DNA of 64,000 nt, from positions 3,093,243 through 3,157,242 of the forward strand of contig CP070761.1 of NCBI GenBank assembly GCA_020348985.1, written 5' to 3'. Position 1 is the stretch's first letter; each line of letters opens with the position of its first letter. Shown here in pieces: positions 58,808 through 64,000 of the stretch. The stretch is from Candidatus Thorarchaeota archaeon. Its GTDB lineage: Archaea; Asgardarchaeota; Thorarchaeia; Thorarchaeales; Thorarchaeaceae. A program made the translations under genes and the position numbers. Below the pieces are notes generated by a model. That model had not been told where the DNA came from. It made no database searches and was given only the letters and a program-made list of their open reading frames with translations.

Positions 58808-58934
58808 TGTATTTCACGCTGGTGCTGTATTGCCACAGCAACGGGATGTTGCAAATGAACAGTAGACGTAGTATTAACCCTATTGTGCAGAAACCTGTTA
58901 AACAACGAGACTTCATTCTTGGAACAAACCTTAT

Positions 58935-61166
58935 GTGATGCAAACTTCTAGAACTGAGTTGCCTAGCCCCTGGGAGAGATGGTCAGTGGTAGACATCAAA
59001 GGGCTATTGAAGCGAGCTGGCAAGGGACTTGTTATAGCAGCAGCAAGTATCGCAGCCGGGCTCACCTTAGGTCCCGTTGCTGCAACAGCCGTCGGAGGCT
59101 TTGTGACAAGGAAGTTTGGAGAGATCGGCCTAACAGTAAGTGAAAGGCTCATTCAAGAGCATGTTCAGGACGCTGTGATGGCGGGTCCACATGGCATTGC
59201 CAGGCTTGTAGAATCCAGAAACATGGAAGTTCTCGCTAACGACGTGGCCGCGGAAACTGGCGTGGCAAGCGAGGAGGCTCATGCCGCCGTTCAATACGCT
59301 TTGCGAGACCTGCAGACGACAATGGGCTCTGTTGTACATGAGATGCAGAATGACAGGGGCCTGCTAATGGCGGCGCTTCAACTGGCACGCGAAACCGATG
59401 CAAAGATCGATGCCCTCAGTGAGCAGTCTGCACAAACTCAGGAGACTTTGGAACAGGTTCAGTCGATTCTTCTATCGATGGAGAGACAACTCGATAGATC
59501 ATATCGTAGTGTGATGGGATCCTTTGCCGATAGGTCTGTGCTGGGGTTCGACCGGCTTCTCATGATAAGTCGTCTACAAGAACAGAACATGACACTCTCC
59601 TCCAGATTCGATGTAGAGTACGATCCCGCCCTCTATGTTTCACGCCAGCAGGACGAATCTGTATTCGATGATTTCATGTCTCACGCGGGGATGACTGATC
59701 GGAATGTATTCCTTACTCTGGGAGATGTCGGAATGGGCAAGACATGGTTCCTAGCTCGACTGGCGGAAAAAACGCTCGAGGAGAACATTCCAACATTCTT
59801 TGTCCCACTGAGACACGGAATTCGCGGTTTGACAGGCATATTCCAGACTGGTTCAATACCTGAGCTTGTCACGTTGCTTGATTCGATTCTTGCTAGAGAA
59901 GGCAAAAACGCGTACATCTTTCTTGACGGACTGGACGAAATGCCATCCAGAGAAGCAAGGACAGTACTCAGCGGAGTATCAACTGCGCGGGTGGGAACGA
60001 TCTCTTTTGTGCTTTCTTGCAGATTGGCGGATTGGACATCAAATCCAATGATTGTGCAGAGCTGCCACGACTTGGAGCACTACATACACCAGAACTCCAT
60101 GGCAGCTTCCCGGGCGCGCTCAAGAGGGGTCAGTACGCCTCTGTCAGTGATGATGTCGGAATTCACTGAACAGGAACTTGTTGCAGCTCTGGAACGGTAC
60201 GGAATTCCAGCACCACTGCCAGAGGATATTCGAGATCTTCTGAAGAAGCCCTTCCTACTGAGACTTATCTCACGCAAGTACTCGCAAACAGGGAGGATGC
60301 CAAGTCCCGATTCGCCTGAGTTTCTTGATCTTTTTGCAGGAGAGCAGGAACAGGTACACACAGTGTTGGGAAGACTCGGCGTTATCACCGAAAGAGACAC
60401 GCTGTATGAGACCGTGGAGCAGTTTATTGACTCTGGTGCAGACTCTCTCTCATTGTCTGAACTCAAGGACCTGGACCCAGATGAGCCGACATTCCGTACA
60501 TTGGTTTCTTCGGGTCTTCTAGAACTCAATGTAACCAGGCTGGGAACAGCGGTCTCGTTGAGCACCGACTTTATGCTGCCGCTCATGACATTAGCCATTA
60601 TGCGTCACAAATCCAGACCAAGACGCTATAGGCAATTGCTCGATTCTGCGCAGAGATGGATACCGGACGTAACCCAGAAGGTTGTGGACCTACTTAGTGG
60701 TGTAGAAGGGACGCCAGCCGAGGTGCCAACTCTGCAGCTAGATCAGAGAGCGGAGACTCTCCGTGACCTACTAGAACAGAAAAGCTTCAAAGAACTGCCC
60801 GAGTTGAAGATTCCACCTTTCGTGGAATCCTCTGGCGCGGCAGAAGCTGACGAAGCACTAGAAGAAGTGGAGCAACATCTTAGGAGTCTGAACGATAACG
60901 ACGCTGAGGTCCGGCTAGCTGCTATTGATGCCCTCGGGAGACTACGCGAACCTAGCGCGGTGGTGCCACTAATAGAGGCACTTCAGGATGAAGACCAGAA
61001 GGTCAGAGCAATGGCTGTCAGATCACTTGGTCTTCTAGCTGACGAAAGAGCTGTTGATCCTCTTCGGCGCCTAGCTGACACAGAAGAGGTTCAAGACATT
61101 GCTATAAAGGCCAGATGGGCTGCAGACAGCATAGTGGACAAGCAGAGAAAGAAGAAGAGCGAATGA
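58935..61166 (+). CDS. NACHT/STAND-like P-loop NTPase with N-terminal hydrophobic/coiled-coil region and C-terminal HEAT repeats
   Basis: GDVGMGKT Walker A, IFLDGLDE Walker B, LSCR sensor, PFLLRL helical domain; ~3 HEAT/PBS repeats (VRLAAIDALG, VRAMAVRSLG). Confidence 0.85.
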   Translation: MMQTSRTELPSPWERWSVVDIKGLLKRAGKGLVIAAASIAAGLTLGPVAATAVGGFVTRKFGEIGLTVSERLIQEHVQDAVMAGPHGIARLVESRNMEVLANDVAAETGVASEEAHAAVQYALRDLQTTMGSVVHEMQNDRGLLMAALQLARETDAKIDALSEQSAQTQETLEQVQSILLSMERQLDRSYRSVMGSFADRSVLGFDRLLMISRLQEQNMTLSSRFDVEYDPALYVSRQQDESVFDDFMSHAGMTDRNVFLTLGDVGMGKTWFLARLAEKTLEENIPTFFVPLRHGIRGLTGIFQTGSIPELVTLLDSILAREGKNAYIFLDGLDEMPSREARTVLSGVSTARVGTISFVLSCRLADWTSNPMIVQSCHDLEHYIHQNSMAASRARSRGVSTPLSVMMSEFTEQELVAALERYGIPAPLPEDIRDLLKKPFLLRLISRKYSQTGRMPSPDSPEFLDLFAGEQEQVHTVLGRLGVITERDTLYETVEQFIDSGADSLSLSELKDLDPDEPTFRTLVSSGLLELNVTRLGTAVSLSTDFMLPLMTLAIMRHKSRPRRYRQLLDSAQRWIPDVTQKVVDLLSGVEGTPAEVPTLQLDQRAETLRDLLEQKSFKELPELKIPPFVESSGAAEADEALEEVEQHLRSLNDNDAEVRLAAIDALGRLREPSAVVPLIEALQDEDQKVRAMAVRSLGLLADERAVDPLRRLADTEEVQDIAIKARWAADSIVDKQRKKKSE

Positions 61167-61229
61167 GCATTGAGTGTATGTTGATGGGGCACATTCGCTC
61201 AGCTGTTCTCTTTTCTCCATGTGTCGCTT

Positions 61230-64000
61230 TCACTTACGGAACATATCGATTGTTATCGTTCGTCCACAGTATTGACACTCGATGGCTTGGCCACTCTTGA
61301 TCATTGTTACTTCATCTGTGGCTAGAGTGCTACCACAATTCATGCATATCCAGGCATCTATTCCTTTGGCAATTTCATCAATCGTCGTAGGTAGCATGGC
61401 CGCATCCTCACCAAGTCCCTCAACGATTACTTTCGAAGCCTCAGCATCTACTGGCCCCGTAATCACGATTCGCACTGCAACCTTCTTTCGTGTATACTTG
61501 CCTTCGGCCAATCCACGGATTGTACCCCTGAAGAGCCCCTCCTCTGTTGAGCTCTCCGCTTCAAGAATGTGAAAGTTCCTCTGTGGTAGCAGCTTCTCAG
61601 CTTTCGTGAAGAGGACTTCGGGATTCCATTGTACGACTTGCTCCTCTCGACTAGCAGACATTTCGCCCAGCATTAGTTCGAAGTCCTCCATTGTGGTCTG
61701 AAGAGGCTCAAGAAGATCACAGACTGACCGAATCAGGAAGGGCTCTACTTCGACGGTTTTGAGTTGATTGTGATGGTCAATGTAGGACACAGATGCGAGG
61801 ATCTTGCCCTCAACACAATCCTTTGTGGGAATGAATGTAAACTGCGGCGACCTGAATCCATCGGGTTCGATTCTTGCGAGCTTCTTTACAGTCTGATCTG
61901 GGAGTTCCATGCAGTCCTCAGGGTATGCTATGATTGTCACAGTAACGTTGTTGATAACATATGGACTATTGTTGACGATCTTCACTTTGTATTCGAATTT
62001 GCCACCGACGGGTGCGCATCCTCTGAGTACTTGAACTCCTTCTGGTGCGGCCTCATCTGGTTCCGTAGGTGGTGCTGGCACAGGAACATATGGCGGAGGC
62101 CCCTTGGGTCTCCTTCTGGACATCACAATAGCTATTAGGACGAATATTCCAATCCCTCCAACCATTAGAATCGGCCACAAGCCCATGAAGGGACCACCGT
62201 CATCGGGAGGCGTGGTAGTGGTAGTAGTTGTTGTCGTAGGTGTTGTTGTCGATGCGAGGATGGTTAAGGTGACTATGCTTGACGTCATATGCCCTCTTTG
62301 ATCCACCAATTCCAGCCGTACTGCGTAGGTGCCTTGCGTCAAATCATCCAGATAAGTTCCGGACGCCACGACATCTGCACCCCCCCAATCAAGCTGCACC
62401 ACTTGAGTATCATCGATGAAGATCCTGTAGAGGCTAGGATCTCCGTCCGAACAGTGCCAAGTTATCGATCTGCCGGACACATCCTCGGAGAACTCAGCAG
62501 GTGGTCCCACGGATCCCTCTTCGATATACGGTGGAGCATACGCACCCCTAACAACGTAGTGTATCACCTGTTTTACGAAGTTCCGACCATTCAGGGGCTT
62601 TGTGTAGTAATCATCCTCGTACATCGGACCATAATCGCCATAAGGCGAGGCGCCTGAAACAACGAGAGCACTGGTTGCTTGTGATTCTGCACCGCCCATG
62701 TGGGTCTCTATAGTGGCTGCGACAAATGAACCAGTCTCACCTACAACATGAGCCATAGGCAATGATTCTGGAGATTGGTTGATTACCTGTGCAGAGGCAT
62801 TATAATAGAGTACTGGGTGTACATTGGCGATTTGGAATGTCTCTAGTGAAACGGAGTCAACGCCGTGGCCAGGCGTATCGCTGTTGCTACCATATAGGAG
62901 TGTAGGTCCATGCATCAGAACAGCGTCAACGCCTCGCACTACATTTGCCACGTAAGCATCAGTGCTAGTGCCTGTGGCAATAACCCTGTATGCCGTATAT
63001 GCGTTCGAGACAGTATCTGAAACTCCACAATACTCTGGGTACACATGAGACCCAACAGCAGTGAGTAGTGCTGTCATGTTTTGGTTTATGTAATCGCCCG
63101 CGGCTGGTAGAGCTGTGTAGTCGGAGTCGCACCCAACCCAAAGGAGCTTGTGTCCCGAATTGAACCAGTCTACCACTGCAGTTATCTCAGAAGCCAAGAA
63201 CCCGTTGTCCTGACCTTCAATAGAACTCACCAGAAGAGCAGCCGCATTCGTAAGCACTGAGGAGTTCAATCCCCCTCTTGCGAAGATAACCGTATAGCCC
63301 ATTGTTGTGAGAAGCGCCTCCAATTCGGCATCAGATTCGGTTTGGCTCGTGGTCTGGGAATCACTTTGCCCATGAGAATAGTCGATAACAATCGTTCCCG
63401 AGCTTGAAGGATAGACCCAGACCCAAGCGGTCTCTATTCCTGAGAATCCGTCACTATCATCCACTTTCAGAGTGACGTTATGCAAACCGATGGATAGACC
63501 GTCAACATCTGCTACTATCTGTGATCCATCCCAGACCCCGTCGATGAGTATCCCATCGTCAATCCAAACTCTATAGAAGGAGGGATTGTTGTCGTGAGGA
63601 GTCCATGTTATTGAGTGGCCAGTAGTTCCTACTTGATAGTTAATCTCACTCGGACGGTCTATCCAGGGTCGAGGAGATACGACCTGTAGAGATGGACCAG
63701 CTATGGATCCAGTAACAGAGATGGATCCGTTTAGGATTCCGGCCTTGAAATCGTCCACTTCATCCAGAACACTCTGCGGGATATCCAAGAGTGTGGAGTT
63801 GAGCTCGTAGCCCACGCCACCATTCTCGATGTCAAGGACGTGATTCATCCCGCCCTGAAAAGTGTCATATATCGCATGTCCAATTATGTTGCGAACGGCA
63901 ATATCCGCGTGTTTCAGGTATGTTGTGAGGACAACTGTTGGCGGAACTGGATTGCCAGGATCTGCGCAACCATAATGCATGGAAGGGAAATCAGTACCAA
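61230..64000 (-). CDS. 5'-truncated multidomain single-pass receptor: BMP-type binding-protein C-terminus, Ig-like, GIFT/GATase-like, Ig-like, Thr linker, TM, appendage-like domain, Zn ribbon
   Basis: Frame stays open to the window edge (GTDFPSMHYG..); VLTTYLKHADIAV..FQGG..IENGGVGY; IVIDYSHGQ; TTTPTTTTTTTT; TM followed by SRRR; CMNC..CQYC. Confidence 0.8.
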   Translation of the reverse strand, partial: GTDFPSMHYGCADPGNPVPPTVVLTTYLKHADIAVRNIIGHAIYDTFQGGMNHVLDIENGGVGYELNSTLLDIPQSVLDEVDDFKAGILNGSISVTGSIAGPSLQVVSPRPWIDRPSEINYQVGTTGHSITWTPHDNNPSFYRVWIDDGILIDGVWDGSQIVADVDGLSIGLHNVTLKVDDSDGFSGIETAWVWVYPSSSGTIVIDYSHGQSDSQTTSQTESDAELEALLTTMGYTVIFARGGLNSSVLTNAAALLVSSIEGQDNGFLASEITAVVDWFNSGHKLLWVGCDSDYTALPAAGDYINQNMTALLTAVGSHVYPEYCGVSDTVSNAYTAYRVIATGTSTDAYVANVVRGVDAVLMHGPTLLYGSNSDTPGHGVDSVSLETFQIANVHPVLYYNASAQVINQSPESLPMAHVVGETGSFVAATIETHMGGAESQATSALVVSGASPYGDYGPMYEDDYYTKPLNGRNFVKQVIHYVVRGAYAPPYIEEGSVGPPAEFSEDVSGRSITWHCSDGDPSLYRIFIDDTQVVQLDWGGADVVASGTYLDDLTQGTYAVRLELVDQRGHMTSSIVTLTILASTTTPTTTTTTTTTPPDDGGPFMGLWPILMVGGIGIFVLIAIVMSRRRPKGPPPYVPVPAPPTEPDEAAPEGVQVLRGCAPVGGKFEYKVKIVNNSPYVINNVTVTIIAYPEDCMELPDQTVKKLARIEPDGFRSPQFTFIPTKDCVEGKILASVSYIDHHNQLKTVEVEPFLIRSVCDLLEPLQTTMEDFELMLGEMSASREEQVVQWNPEVLFTKAEKLLPQRNFHILEAESSTEEGLFRGTIRGLAEGKYTRKKVAVRIVITGPVDAEASKVIVEGLGEDAAMLPTTIDEIAKGIDAWICMNCGSTLATDEVTMIKSGQAIECQYCGRTITIDMFRK
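62211..62250 (-). repeat. Poly-Thr low-complexity linker (ACN codon run)
   Basis: gtggtagtggtagtagttgttgtcgtaggtgttgttgtc on + strand. Confidence 0.8.

Noticed and set aside
1-64000. Many short ORFs in the track overlapping longer genes (e.g. 7..321, 18832..19437, 29304..29879, 60080..60598)
   Set aside because: Antisense or alternate-frame shadows of well-supported genes with no recognisable motifs
1-64000. CRISPR array, tRNA, rRNA, transposase or integrase
   Set aside because: No regularly spaced repeats, cloverleaf with T-loop, rRNA-like tract or recombinase motifs were seen by eye

Overview
Gene-dense (~50% GC) archaeal chromosomal window. The gene content (thiolase/DUF35 pairs, many TM-anchored secreted proteins ending in a hydrophobic helix plus RR/RK, group 3b hydrogenase, eukaryote-like domains, TATA-type promoters) suggests an Asgard archaeon, probably Thorarchaeia; this is an inference. 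About 60 CDS are supported. No rRNA, tRNA, CRISPR array or transposase was recognised. Ordinary content: acyl-CoA/lipid metabolism, panB, a leuB/C/D-like operon, a biotin carboxyltransferase with carrier protein, a four-gene group 3b NiFe hydrogenase, nfi, MFS, GNATs and TPRs. The most striking locus is 21957-29069. It holds (i) a P-type ATPase whose Ca2+-site residues are replaced (TM4 PINIP instead of PEGLP, recalling the P4 flippase PISL motif), overlapping (ii) a membrane-anchored protein of ~11 tandem winged-helix repeats resembling UFL1/DDRGK1, and divergently (iii) a prodomain-less subtilase with Site-1-protease-like architecture. The right end has an ankyrin protein, a divergent NACHT/STAND-HEAT NLR-like protein, and a truncated receptor whose cytoplasmic part resembles a coat-adaptor appendage. 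Several structured intergenic RNA candidates are also reported. All family calls are motif recognition by eye; no database search was run.
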